Assembly: GCF_036321535.1 (NCBI RefSeq)
Contig: NC_087439.1
Coordinates: 12,834,001-12,898,000, forward strand
Length of the DNA stretch: 64,000 nt
Source of the DNA: Camelus dromedarius
Lineage: Eukaryota
Direction of reading: 5' to 3'
In this document: in pieces, positions 24,782 through 36,859 of the stretch
Position numbering within the stretch: position 1 is the first letter of the stretch
Layout: every line of letters begins with the position of its first letter
The notes under the pieces: generated by a model
Told to the model about the DNA's origin: nothing
Databases searched by the model: none
Seen by the model: the letters and a program-made list of their open reading frames with translations, nothing else
Translations under genes and position numbers: made by a program

Positions 24782-25900
24782 TATGGAAGGACCCCTAAAT
24801 TTGGAAGCCCACCAAAGTGTGGGTCCTCATTGCTGGCTGTGAAAGAAATTGCACAGCAGAGGCAGAGGGACGAAGTGAACAGCTGCGTTATTGCTCAGAA
24901 GGGGAAATGGAAGGAAAGTACTCCAGCAGGGTGAAGGGAAGAAAAAGCGCTTGTGTGAAGAAGAGGTGCTGGAGCCGGGAGCTGTCAGCCAAGACGGGCG
25001 GTGGAGACAGCTCCGGCCCAGGCCGGGCCAGGTGGACTTTTATGAGAGGCTTCTGCCATCATGTCCCTGTTCTGGGTGTGATGGAGCCAATCAGTCACTG
25101 TGTGGGCTTTTCTGGTGATTGTCATGGCAATCGTCAACTGTCATGGCGCTGGTGGGTGTGTCACTTAGCATGCTAATACATTACAGTGAGTGTATAATGA
25201 AGCTCAATGTCCACTGGAAGTCAAATCCTCCACCATTTCGGACTCGGTGGGTTCTAACCAATTCTTGTTTTATCTCTGCAGCTGCCTCCTGAGACTTAGA
25301 GAATGTTGGGCCAACTGATGTCCTTCAAAGTCCAACAACCCCCATTTCTGGGCTCTCAGAGGTCTGCCTGTGATCCCTCAACAGATAAAGTACATTCCTT
25401 ACTCGACGTTTCTCCTAATAAACCAATAGCCCTAGATAATGCCTAATCTTGAAAGAGCTCAAGCTGGCTTATTTCAGCCCACCTTGTCAGAGTCATAAAC
25501 CCTACTGCCCTTCACAGACCCTAAACCTCTTACCTCACCCACAACCAATCAGAGACTTGTGCACAAGCCGATCAGACACCTTGTGACCCGACCTGTTAAA
25601 AGACCCCAAAAACCAACACTCATTGCTCACACAGGCACCTCTCCTCTGTGTGGCCCACTGTTACCTATGACAGTGTAACTTAATAAACTCCTTTCTATTC
25701 CCATACTTTAACTCTGGTAAATTTTTTACCAACCTGTGCCTCACCGTGTCACAGACAGGCTGCCGCACTAGACCCACAACAGAGACGCGTAATTGTTTTT
25801 CACTTGTGGGAGGGGAGGGGTATGATCCTGGAGGCAGCAGCCTTGGAACAAAAAGGAAAGTTGTTTTTACCCAGAATGGCTGTAACCCGGTGCACCCAGC
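24782..25900 (-). mobile_element. ERV1 MER4-group-like LTR (MER51/MER61-like), interrupted by a nested LTR
   Basis: gtcatggcaatcgtcaactgtcatggcgctggtgggtgtgtcacttagcatgctaatacattac, characteristic of antisense MER4-group LTRs; right boundary uncertain. Confidence 0.6.
25304..25781 (+). mobile_element. ERV1 solo LTR (MER21-like), nested
   Basis: TG...CA termini; AATAAA 25682-25687; flanks gagaa/gagac (4/5 TSD match); homologous to 28491-28942. Confidence 0.85.
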
Positions 25901-25949
25901 ATTTGCCCCCTCCAAAAAAAAAAAAAAAAAACAACCAAACAAACTCCAA

Positions 25950-26180
25950 AGATTCTGTTCAGCCATGAAACTTTTAAAGGAAAATGAAGGCGTAATCTCT
26001 CAGCTAATCATTGAGATAGGTGGTCAGAATCAACATCACCCGCAGTGCCTGCAGGCTTGTCCTCATCAACTGCTTGAGCCTGCTCTTCTAAGACTCAGGG
26101 AGGCATGTGAGAAGTTGGTTTTTCCGTAAACAAGAGATGGGGGTGGGATGGAGGAGCCCAGAGGGTCCTGCTTCCTTTCA
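25950..26180 (-). mobile_element. ERV1 LTR 5'-end fragment (MER21/MER77-like)
   Basis: Ends in ggagcccagagggtcctgcttcctttca, similar to the end of the 15710-16277 LTR. Confidence 0.5.
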
Positions 26181-26927
26181 TACTCATATTTACATAAAAT
26201 ATAAATTTAAAAGACAAACTCATACTGTGTAGGAATTAAGTTTTATATTTAATATAGACATAATTTATATATGTTACATCTAATTATATAAAATTATATT
26301 CATATACAGTATAAACTTTACACTTAAATTAATCATCATTTTAATTAAAAATTAAACTATATATTTATAGAAACATAAACTAACATGTTTATTACTATGT
26401 GTAAATGCTGTATGGACATTAACATTTATACTGTATATATTGTATGTAAATTAAAATTTATAAGAGTAGTAGTAAGCTCTTCATATCGTGATGTAACTTG
26501 CTTCTTCATTCAAAGCTGTAGTTTCATTTCTGTCTATTTGGATGTGTGTTGTGTCCATCCTTTTATTCTTTTGAATTGCTGTGGAATAGCTCATTACAGA
26601 AATATGCCACAATTAATTTAGGATGGTCCTGTGGTTTGCATTGTAGAGTTGTTTGAAATTTTTCATCATTACAAACACTGCTGCCACCCACATTCTTGGG
26701 GATGTCTCCTCCTGCACACATGTGAATGATTTTACGACCAATACCTGGATGTGGGCTTGCTTGGTATTGTCAGATTGTTCTCCGAAGAGGTGTGCTTGTC
26801 CCACCCCCTCACCCCCAAGAGGAAGGAGATGAGGCCCTCACTTTCCACATCCTTGCCAGCACCAGACCTTGTGAGACTTGCATTTCATTAACAATTGTAT
26901 GGGCGTGAACTGATTTCTCATTGGTGC

Positions 26928-27490
26928 TGTCAGAGAGGAAGAAACTTTCCTCTACCCTTCTAGGTTCTTCTGGCTGGTCTAATAATTAAACTGACAGGAG
27001 ACAGATTAACAGGAGAAAAATCAAACAAAGTTTAATAATATGTATACATGGGAGAGACCCAGGGAAACAGAATTGAAAAACTCGCCAAAATGGCTCAAGC
27101 CCTCACTTTAAATACCATCTTTGGCTAAAGACAAAAGAGGGTGTTGGGGGTAGTGGTTTGTGATTTCAAAGGGGAGGAAAGCAATTCAAAACAAACAAAC
27201 AAACAAACAAACAAACAACAAAGGGTTTGCTGGGCCACGTAAAGACAATGGGGCAGAGTGGACTCTGAGCTCTAGGTAGTGTTCCCCCAACCACACCTTG
27301 CCCATATTCCTTGCAGATATCTCTGTGATAGCTCTGTCCCAGGAACAGTCTCTCCAGCAAAAGTTTGTAAGCAATTAGAGGAAGGTCAAGTTTCTTTCTG
27401 AGTCCTTTGGGCCTTGACGGTTTTCAGTTTGAAATAATTCATGTACCAAAGAAACATTTTTTTTGGGGGGGCAAATTTTGTTCCCCTGAA
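26928..27490 (-). mobile_element. ERV1 solo LTR containing (AAAC)7 at 27189-27216
   Basis: tgtcagagaggaagaaactttcctctacccttctagg...gacagattaacaggagaaaa; interrupts L1ME; flanks gtgc/gggc. Confidence 0.75.
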
Positions 27491-27979
27491 GGGCTTCACT
27501 CTTATCTTCCTGACTACTGATGACTTTGACAGTCTTTTCATATGTTTATCAAGCCTTGGTGTCTGTGAAGTGCCTTTTATAGCTTTTGTCTATTTTTTTG
27601 AGTTATTAATTTATAGGAGTTTTTTATATTCAGGGTTTTAATCCTTTGTTGGCTTTGAACTTTAACAGTGCTTGTTCTGGTTTGTGACTTATCTTTGAGT
27701 TTTATTTTTTATGCCTTTTGTTATGTAAAAGTGTTAAATTTTGAGGTAGTAAAATTTACCAGCTGTTATCCTGATGATATATGTGTTATGTCCTGTTTAA
27801 GAAATCCATCACCTGCCTCTCACTGCTGACGTTGCTCCATTGGTAAGGTGACATCTGTGGGTACATATGAGAGGTGGGAAGGGGCTTTTCTTTTGCTTTC
27901 CAAATTCTTAATTACAACAACAATCCAATAATTAGGCAAGTTCAGGTTTGCTCTAATGATTTCAATTATTTTCTACCAT

Positions 27980-28200
27980 AGGGTATAGTATAGTGCTTCA
28001 AGATATGAGTTCTTGAGCGAGACTGCCTGTGTTTGAACCACTTACTTTGGGTGAGTTACTTAAACTCACTCTGGGGATGAAACTATAGTATCTACCTTGT
28101 GAGGTTGCTGTGGAGATTAAATTAGTTTCTACATGCAAAGTACTTAGAAGAGTTTCTGGTACATCGTGAGAGCCAATTGTTATATACTATTATTACTGTT
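27980..28200 (+). mobile_element. MIR
   Basis: actttgggtgagttactaaac...gtgaggttgctgtggagattaaattag...aaagtacttagaagag. Confidence 0.75.
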
Positions 28201-28490
28201 AGCACTGTTTTCTCATTATCCTTCCCAGTTTACCCCTGGGCTGGATTCCTAGGGGCTACCTAGAGACATGAGACCTGCCATTTTTTACATGATTCTCTGT
28301 GCCTAGACTGAAATCACCTTGGTCTGCTTGGCCATATGCCACCTTAGGGGACTTAACCACTGGGAATTCAAGAACTGAGAATGCTCATGGTCTAATCATT
28401 CCATCTTGTGCTCCAGTTTGCTGGTACCAGACATTTCATCTCCTATAGCTTTCAGGAAAAGTAGAGAATTAAAGGTTTCAGAGGGAAAAG

Positions 28491-28942
28491 TGTTGTGGGA
28501 CATAATGGCGGCTGGTCGGTGACATGGTGACAAGAAGTTGGTAAAAGAATTTACCGGAGATGAAGGATGAGAATAGAAAAGGAGTTTATCAGGGGTATGC
28601 TGCTATAGGCAACTGTGGGCCACATAGACTAGAGGTGCCAGTGTGAGCCCTGAGGGTCAGTTTTGGGGGTCTTTTAAAAGGTCTGGTCACAAGGTGTCTG
28701 ATCAGCTTGTGCACAAGTCTTGGTTGTAGGTGAGGTAAGAGGTTTAGGGTCTGTGGAGGTGGTGGGGTTTATGATGCTGATAAGGTGGGCTGAAACAAGC
28801 CAGCCTGGGCAATTGTGAGACTAGGCATTCATTACCTAGGGTTATTAGTTTGTTAACACAAACATCCAGTAAAGAATGTCAGACATCTGAGAGCCCAGAA
28901 ATGGGAGTCGTTGGACTTTGAAGGACGTCAGTGGGCCCCACA
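28491..28942 (-). mobile_element. ERV1 solo LTR, inverted homologue of 25304-25781
   Basis: Reverse complement begins tgtggggcccactgacgtccttcaaagtccaacg and ends cccacaaca; long shared blocks such as cacagaccctaaacctcttacctcacc and gatcagacaccttgtgacc. Confidence 0.88.
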
Positions 28943-29149
28943 GCAAGTACTATCTGAGTTCAGCCAGAATCATCATCCTTTTGAATCTCCAAAGTGAGAC
29001 AGGCATTAACAAATTTGACTTGCAAGGATCTCATAATGTGTATCCACTGTGATTGTTTGTCCAGTGCCCCTTTCCAGTCTTCTGGCTTGGTCTCCCTTCA
29101 TTCTTGTGCTTCTCAAGCAAGCTGTCAAACAAAGCATCACCTCTCTCCC

Positions 29150-29720
29150 ATCCAGAGGGATGGAGATGTTATCCAAATTGGATTATCCTTCTGGCTGTAT
29201 TAATTTTTCTAAGAGGTGAGCATGCAACCCAGATAGACCAACCAGAGACTATCCCTGGAATTTTTTGAACTTGAGTTACTGGAGAAAAGCCCTTTCTTGC
29301 CTGGTGGCAACGTGAAAAGATGGGTCTGTGAGATTCTGGCCAAACTGTTGTGTTATCAGCCCTAGATTTGCTTGGCTGGGACCAGATTTTTCATCTCATA
29401 CTTTGATGAAACATCTCAGATTTTCCATGCCTGCATGGAAAAGCCTATCAGAGCAAAGGAAGCTGGCCTCAGAGAAGTGAAGAAAAGAGGCAGATGTGGT
29501 CCTGGGCGGTTCCTGCATTTTATCTGATTTCCTTGGAAATTGAACTGAGAATGGAGCTGGAGGAGTTTTCAGATGTTCAGATCGCATGATTTCCACACCC
29601 AGGTTATCAAGCTCTTGTTTTGAGTCTGTGAGTTTCTCCAGGACCTTTATAACCTCCTTTTATCTTTAAGCAGGATCCAGTTGGTTTTCTGCCCCTTGCA
29701 ATGGCAAGAGTTCTGTCTAC
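29150..29720 (+). mobile_element. MaLR LTR (MLT1J/K-like)
   Basis: ggtgagcatgcaacccagatagaccaaccagag; 3' end ccagttggttttctgccccttgcaa. Confidence 0.6.
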
Positions 29721-29769
29721 TGAAGACATATATATATATACAGATAAGATGTATAATGAAAAGATTAAG

Positions 29770-29975
29770 GGCTTTTCTATCAGTTCTGGGTCCAGATCTT
29801 GCTTTTATCCACTTATTAGTTATGTACTTTTTACCTGTGACTCAATCTCTTCATCTGTAAACAGTGGAAGATAAATACTTTGTAGGGTTGTGTTAATAAG
29901 ACGATGAACATAAAGGACCCAGCAGAGTTCTTTGCACATGGTAGGCACTAATATTTGAGCTATTGCTATTATTGT
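29770..29975 (+). mobile_element. MIR
   Basis: ctcaatctcttcatctgtaaa...gcacatggtaggcactaat. Confidence 0.7.
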
Positions 29976-30104
29976 TTTTATTACCACCACCACCTACTAC
30001 TACTGCACTAAGTAAAATTTTATCATTCAAATCTTACATGCCAGGCATCTCTATAAACCCATCAGCTTTTTCATCTATGTGCGTGAAGAAAAATAGCTAA
30101 AATA

Positions 30105-30814
30105 CAGTGCAGCGCATATGGAAAACAATGTGGAGATTCCTCAAAAAACTAAAAATAGACTTACCATATAATCCAGCAATCCTACTCCTGGGCATATACC
30201 CAGAGGAAACTCTAATTCAAAAAGACACCTGCACCCCACTGTTCATAGCAGCACTATTTACAATAGCCAAGACATGGAAATAACCTAANNNNNNNNNNNN
30301 NNNNNNNNNNNNNNNNNNNNNNNNNNNNNNNNNNNNNNNNNNNNNNNNNNNNNNNNNNNNNNNNNNNNNNNNNNNNNNNNNNNNNNNNNNNNNNNNNNNN
30401 NNNNNNNNNNNNNNNNNNNNNNNNNNNNNNNNNNNNNNNNAAGAAAAATACCATATGATATCACTTATATGTTGAATCTAAAAAAAAAATCCAAAACACA
30501 ATGAACTTATTTAAGAAACAGAGGCAGACTTATAGACATAGAAAATAAACTTATGGCTACCAGGGAGGAAAGGGAATGGAAAGGGATAAATTGGGAGTTC
30601 GAGATGTGCAGGTACTAATTACTATATATAAAATAGATAAACAACAATTTCTACTGTATAACACAGGGAACTGTATTTAATATCTTGTAGTAAACTGTAA
30701 TGAAAAAGAATATGAAAAGGAATATATGTATGTATACGTACGACTGAAACATTATGCTGTACACCAGAAATTGACACAATGTTATAAACTGACTATATTT
30801 CAATAAAAAAAGAA
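30105..30814 (+). mobile_element. Young 5'-truncated L1 with perfect 16-bp TSD; contains a 152-N gap (30289-30440)
   Basis: ORF2 C-terminal/3' UTR sequence (gatccagcaat-type PAIPLLG region); tail caataaaaaaag; TSD aaaaatagctaaaata at 30089-30104 and 30815-30830. Confidence 0.93.
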
Positions 30815-30884
30815 AAAAATAGCTAAAATATATAAAAATAATATTGATTACTTTGCCCATGCAGAGTATATTATGAAGTGGCTG

Positions 30885-31420
30885 GGAAGAATGTCAGTCA
30901 GATTCTTGAAAGGAAGCAGAAAGCATAGGCAAAGTGTTTAATTGAAGACAGCTTAATAAAAGGACTTTATGAGCGAGTGGGCAAGATTAAAGGGATCGAC
31001 ATGAAATGGTGATAGACTCAAGGACCAGTGACAATGCAAGACTATTATGCACCCCTGCCACCAACTTCCCCCGACTCTGTGCAACCAGGCCTAAAGTGAT
31101 ATGTGCAAGGGGTAAGGTTTCAGAACTACACGAGAACTAGAAGCTGTAAGGGTAGGTCACCCAAAGTACCAAAGCTTTAGAGAAACTCAGCCATTGCCAG
31201 ATTATGGCTAAGTGGGGAGGCAGGAAACACACACTCAAATCTTTCTTTCTTCCTACTCCCCAGTTTTCTTCTGGTGCCTTTTATTGGCTAGCCCACTCAA
31301 AAGCCATAAGGCATGGTGTCCTGGGTGATGCAGTCCATGATGCGGTCAGCTTGCTGGGCAGAGATCAGGTGTAGCATGGCAGGGAGTGGAGCTGGAGGGG
31401 AATTCAGAGAAGACTAGCAC
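30885..31420 (-). mobile_element. Old MaLR LTR (late MLT1)
   Basis: ctggtgccttttattggctagcccactcaaaagccataagg...gatgcagtccatg. Confidence 0.6.
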
Positions 31421-32983
31421 AGAGAGTCATGAAAATCACACATCTAGGTAGGGCGAAACAATTGTATGTGCGTGCGTGTGTGTGTGTGTTTGTATGTGAG
31501 AGAGAGAGTAGAGAGAGATGTGGCGTATTCCACTAATATCTTCCCAGTCAAAATTTTCTCAGTAGTCCACCATTGACTTTTAATACTCAAATTTTATATA
31601 ACCTACAAGTCTTTTCGTATAATTATTTTGACCATGGTTTATATAGGAAAACTTCATATTTGTGTCCCCAAAACTCAATGCAATGCATTTTAAACAAAAT
31701 TATATGCTAAGTCTCAACTTGTGGTACATTCCAATTTAAATAGTAGAATCCCACGCTGATGTTTTACAAAGCACACCAGATGTCAACAGAGGAATGAATA
31801 TTAACTACATGCGAAGCAAATTTCGGTTAACACCGTATCAACTGTCTAGTCATCCAGAAAGCAGTGTCTTAAACATTTAACACCTAAATCTGATAGTCTA
31901 TTATTTATTTACAGGCACTTTACTGCACTTTAATACATTGGTCAGGGGTCTTAGATTGGTTTCCATTTAGAAGTCTAATTTTCAGGGAAGGCTTTCTGAC
32001 ATTAGGGGGCGCTGCCTGAGTCAATTTCTAATGTAATCAGATGTCACCAATTTAGACAAACAGGAAAATGCAAGTTTGAATTGAAGATTCTGTTTAAAAA
32101 GATGAAGTTTTATTATCTTAACTCATGTGGAATTGAACATCAGGTTGACAACCTGTTGCCTAGAGGAAATCCTCAGGGATCTACAATAACGAGTAGAGAA
32201 AAATGGTCTAAAAAGAGCATAAGTGTTCTCATAAACAGCAAGTTCTAACGTGTTTCCTTGTGAGGGTTAACCACTCTTCCCTCCCTGCCTCTGTGCAGCC
32301 ATGCACCTGTTTAGCAAACCCTTTCCTCAAGGTGCTATAAAGCTAGTATTCTGTAACCCACAGCTCTGCATTTGCACTTCATGTACTTTGCATTTGTTTC
32401 ATTTTCAGCCTTCCCTGGAAGAATTGGAGCCCTTGGGATGGAGGACCATGTCTACCTTGCTTGCTAATTTTCCTCTTGCATCAGAGAACCCAGGGCCTGA
32501 GCCCATGACACATGTAATTGAATAAAATGGTGCTTTATCTCCAGAAAGCTGCTCAGCCAAACCTGTTGATAATCACTTTGCACTCTCCTGGGTCCTCTGG
32601 TTTAGGGCCTCAGCTTCTATGGTTCATCTAGAATACCTGATTGACCAGATTTGAGTTTGACCATCAGGCTTGACCTGACATCCCTTCCAGCACATAATGT
32701 ATGGTGCCCATCCTTTTGCTCCATCCAGAGGACTGCAGGGAAGAGTCTTTTTCTATGTGACCTGCTTCAGATTCTTCTGGACTGAGCACCTGGGCTCACC
32801 CACTCCCACCCCATCTTTAATCAGGGGAGGAGAAGTATTCAGTCAAGTTCAGCTTATGCTCCTTCTTTGTAATCATAGATTCTGCATTTGTGGTCTCTGA
32901 AGTGTGACTGTACAACAGGAAGAGGCATACACTTAAGTCGGCAAATGAAGGAAAAATATTTGCGTATGGAGTTCCTTTTAATC

Positions 32984-33164
32984 TAGTGGTTCTCAAACTT
33001 CAGTGTGCACTGAAATCATCTGAAGGGTTTGTTCAATCCAGATCACTGAGCCCCACCCTCAGAGTTTGATTCAGAAGGTTTGGGGTGGTGCCTGAGAATC
33101 TGCATTTCTAACATTCTTAAGTGATACCAATGCCATGGATTGGGGACCACATGGAGAATCTCTG
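32984..33164. mobile_element. MER5A hAT element
   Basis: tagtggttctcaaacttcagtgtgcactgaaatcatctg...gcctgagaatctgcatttctaaca. Confidence 0.9.
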
Positions 33165-33219
33165 TTTTATTTATGTTCTTATTGAGCATAGGTGCTGGCT
33201 CTCAGGATCTGATGGGCTT

Positions 33220-33715
33220 TGGGTCAGGACAAGTGTACAGATCTGAATTAGAAACCACAGTAGGTATTTAAAAGGGACTCAATACAGGGCATCAAGGGCT
33301 GATGTAACTGTTGGGAGGGCTGGAGGTGGGGGAACAGCTCCTGTGGTGAGGTGTCTGCACCGGCCCAATGAAGGCACACCCACCTCTGCCCCAGCGAGGG
33401 AGAAGGGGGATCAGGAGGCTGCCACTAGCTTTGCTGCTGCCATCCAGGTACTGCCACTGCGTGACTGCCTCTCCACACCACGGAGCTGCTGACTGCTCGC
33501 AGCGTGGCTACAGAAGAACCCCACATGTCTATGACTCTGTACCCAGAAGGAAATGTCCGCCTCCCTCTGCCTTCCAAATACCACACATGTGCCTCAGGAA
33601 CCCTGGCACAATGGGTCTTTTTTTTTTTTGTTTTAATTTAACCTATCAAGGGATGGCTTAGGGAGCTGTGGTTGGGAGAAGTGAGCAACTCAGTAGGAGC
33701 CTAGCATTTGGAGGG
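33220..33715 (-). mobile_element. Old MaLR LTR (late MLT1)
   Basis: tagaaaccacagtaggtatttaaaaggg...aatacaggg...gttgggagggctggag. Confidence 0.55.
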
Positions 33716-33929
33716 TAAGGGCTCAAGACATATGGTGAGCATATGCAAGTTCCATGGACTTAACTTATTCTCAAGTATGCCATCCCGGCACCAGCCGTTG
33801 ACTCTTTCTGGGAGTCAGTCCACTGCCATTTAGACAGTGAGAGAAACATCTGCGTCAGGGAATAAGAGAGGAAGAGTGTGAATACTCTTTTGTTTTATTT
33901 TATACTACCACACGTTTGCTTCATTTATT

Positions 33930-34148
33930 CCAGGGTTTCTCACCCTTGGCACTCTTGGCACTTGGCATCATATATGTATCCGTTGTGCGGGGCCATCCTG
34001 TGCACTGGTGAGTAGTGAGCAGAGTCCCTGGCCTCTACCCTCTAGATGACGGTTGCATCTCCCCATCCCAGATGTGAAAACCAAAAACGTCTCCAGACAT
34101 TGCCAAGTATCCCCTGGGGGACAAAATTGCCCCAGTTGAACATCACAG
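33930..34148. mobile_element. MER20 hAT element
   Basis: cagggtttctcacccttggcact...aaaaacgtctccagacattgccaag...gacaaaattgccccagttgaa. Confidence 0.9.
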
Positions 34149-34304
34149 ATATATTCAATCTTTATACACATGATATTTGAGCAATTGTCATCACTGAGAA
34201 GAGAGGGAGGGAGACAGCGAAAAAATAAATGAAGCATCTTTCCATTCCAGGCACGGTGTTAGATGCCACCTAACCCTTGTCCGCTTTCAGGCACAGTGCT
34301 GTGG

Positions 34305-34490
34305 CACCAGAATGGTGTGGAGAGGCAGGTAGACCTGGGTTCAAGTCCTGGCCCTCCAGGATCTGCCTGGCCCTGGGTGAATTAATGTTTGCAAACTTAT
34401 GTTGTTTTATTTTTATTTTTTACCCCTGTAAACTGGAGCTAATCTTTCAGGGCGGCTTCAGGGATTAAAGAGGTGATTTATGGAGAGTAT
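34305..34490 (+). mobile_element. MIR fragment
   Basis: agacctgggttcaagtcctggc...ccctgggtgaatta. Confidence 0.6.
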
Positions 34491-35689
34491 TATCGGTGAT
34501 TATTTTGTAGAATTTGCCCATGGGTGGAGACATGCCCTTGTGGTCAGTGGGTGCCACTTCCGGTCTTCCTCTTCCTGTCTTACGCTGAGACAGTGGACCA
34601 GAAAAAAAAAAGGACTATATTGTTAAGGGCAAAGGAGAAAGTGAATAATGCAAAAAGCTTGGCACCTCTAAGTAGTAGAGTTTTCTTTCTCCTTGACAGG
34701 GCTGCTGACAGACCCATTAACAACACAGAGGCTAATTACTTGCCAGGAGTAAAAGAAAATGTGTCATTTGGTTGTTCTGGCTTTTCCCAGTGCAATAAAT
34801 CACAGCCCCGGGACCCTGGCTTCATTTGATTTAATAAAGATTTGAAAGAACAAGAAAGTTCTTTTCCTTGTTTTTATTGAGAAGTGTTGGCCATTTGTGT
34901 GTGACCTACTCACATTGCAAGCCACTTCAGGCACTTCAGAGTTCAGTCGTTTGCATCTGTGTTTGCTCACATCACCCTCTCACTTCTCTATTGGACCAAT
35001 AAATCCCTGCCCTCATCCTCCTGGGTCCCCGGTCCCTCCACTCTGTTCATCAACTTCTGATACCCCGAATGAGGCTCTCCTTACTCTGACAAGTCATTTG
35101 GCCATTTGGCTTTCCTTCCCTATCTCTAATTCTCACACTGTCCTCTGAAAATAATCTTGCAGTGGCCTGCTGGTCCCCATCCAGCTGTGAGTGACAGGTC
35201 TGTCTGCTCCCCACCTCACCCACCATCACCCACCATTTCTCATAAGAGACCTACACCTCCTGGGTTCTCCACTGGGCCTCTGCACCAGGTAAGAGGTATC
35301 AGACAGTTTGAGGGCAGCAGCAAAACAGAATGGGGTAGGTTAAGGCTCAGGGGGAGATTTTGCTCTGGTTACTATTCATCTCTGCCTTGTTTCAGGAAGG
35401 CTTGGTTTCTTCTCTTTTGAATTTTTTTTTCCAATCACTGTTTCACATTGAAACTCACCTGAAATGAAACCTCTGACCAAAGGGAGGTGAAAGGATATAG
35501 TAGTGAGGTTTCAGGACCTAGCGTTTTCAGCTGGAAGGATGAAGCTGAATTGGCTTGATGACCCGATGCTAAGCAACCAAAGAGGCAGTCAGAGGAAGGC
35601 AGGGCTGAGGGGTGAACACACCACCCCATTTCCCTTAAGCTTGACCTATCTTCCACAGAACAACAGAATGCCAGTACCAGAAGATGACT

Positions 35690-35800
35690 TTGAGATCAGA
35701 ACACAAATCAGGGAAATTGAAAGTCTAGCCCAAGAGCATCCAGTTACCTGGTAAAGTGAAGAGGGCTGGAACCCAAGTGTCAACTCTTGGTCCTTTTGAC
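35690..35800 (-). mobile_element. MIR fragment
   Basis: cagggaaattgaaag...gcccaagagcatccag...gggctggaacccaag. Confidence 0.5.
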
Positions 35801-36354
35801 TTCACATAGAACTGAATTGGAAGTGTCATTGCCTGTAAGGCAGTATTTTCTTTGTTTTGAAGCAGATCTGTGGGTCTCTTTTGTATCTGTTTGTACTGCA
35901 TTAGAAGCTAGTGTCTCCTCCCAACTTCAGTAGGGTGGGGTTTCTATACAATAGTGTTGACTTTTGATTCCAGATTTCTGTCTGGTTGAAAGTTGATGTG
36001 CAGGTAAACTCTTTCTTCATCCTGGTAAGACAGTGCCCCTGGCTTGTGGGTGAGCTAACTCAAGTGTGAACTTAGACACTACTATGTTCCTGTGAATCCC
36101 TCATACTGCTCCCTGATACCCAGCACCATCCCTCTCTCTTACGGACCCTCATCTTCTCACTCCTGGTCTTCTATGGACAGTGCCTTAACACTCTGAAGTC
36201 CTCTGCCCACCCCAGCTAACTAGCCAGGTCTGAAATCATCTTATAAATGAATTTATTCTAGAGATGCTGATTACTGGTAATTGTTTCATTTTTCACTTTT
36301 GCTCAAATTTTTTGCATTTCAGCAAGGGAATTTCTAGTACTACGCAGCTTTGAT

Positions 36355-36530
36355 AGACTGTGGCTGCACATGAGAATTAGCTGTAGAGCTTTAACAAACT
36401 ACAGGAGCCTGGGGTCCTCATCATCAGATATTCTAATTAAATTGGTCCTGAAGGGGCCTGGGGAAATAGTAATTTTTTTTAAAAGCTCTTCAGGTGACTC
36501 CAAAGTATAACTAATTTGAAAACCCTTGCC
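36355..36530. mobile_element. MER5A-like hAT element
   Basis: ggctgcacatgagaattagctgtagagctttaac...aaagctcttcaggtgactc...tttgaaaacc. Confidence 0.75.
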
Positions 36531-36859
36531 TAAATGTGAAGGATGACATTCCCAAAGGATTATGGATTCCTATGGGTACCAGGAAGATTTGGTGCAGTGA
36601 ATGCCTCAGTCCCTTCCTAAGACAGAATATATAGTGCCTCATACTGCTCCTCTGTGTAGGGTCCAAGGAAATCTCAGAGAAAGTGGAGTAAACAGAAGTT
36701 GACCAGGGAGCCAAGGAAACTCCCTGAAATGGAACATTTTTAGTCAACCTGGTTCAGCTTAGTCATAGAATGTTTAGTTTCATCTAAATCTCTCCAACTA
36801 GATACAGATTAAATTGGAGGTTGAAAACTGGCAGTGCATGGGCCAGTTCTGGCCCACCT

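Larger units (their letters stand above)
24630..27810 (-). mobile_element. L1ME-like 3' region, broken into pieces (24630-24781, ~26440-26927, ~27495-27810) by LTR insertions
   Basis: Antisense L1M motifs (ttctcccagaggcaagtact; cattacaaacactgctgcc; ccacatccttgccagcac; taataccttt-like blocks) resume across the LTRs. Confidence 0.65.
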
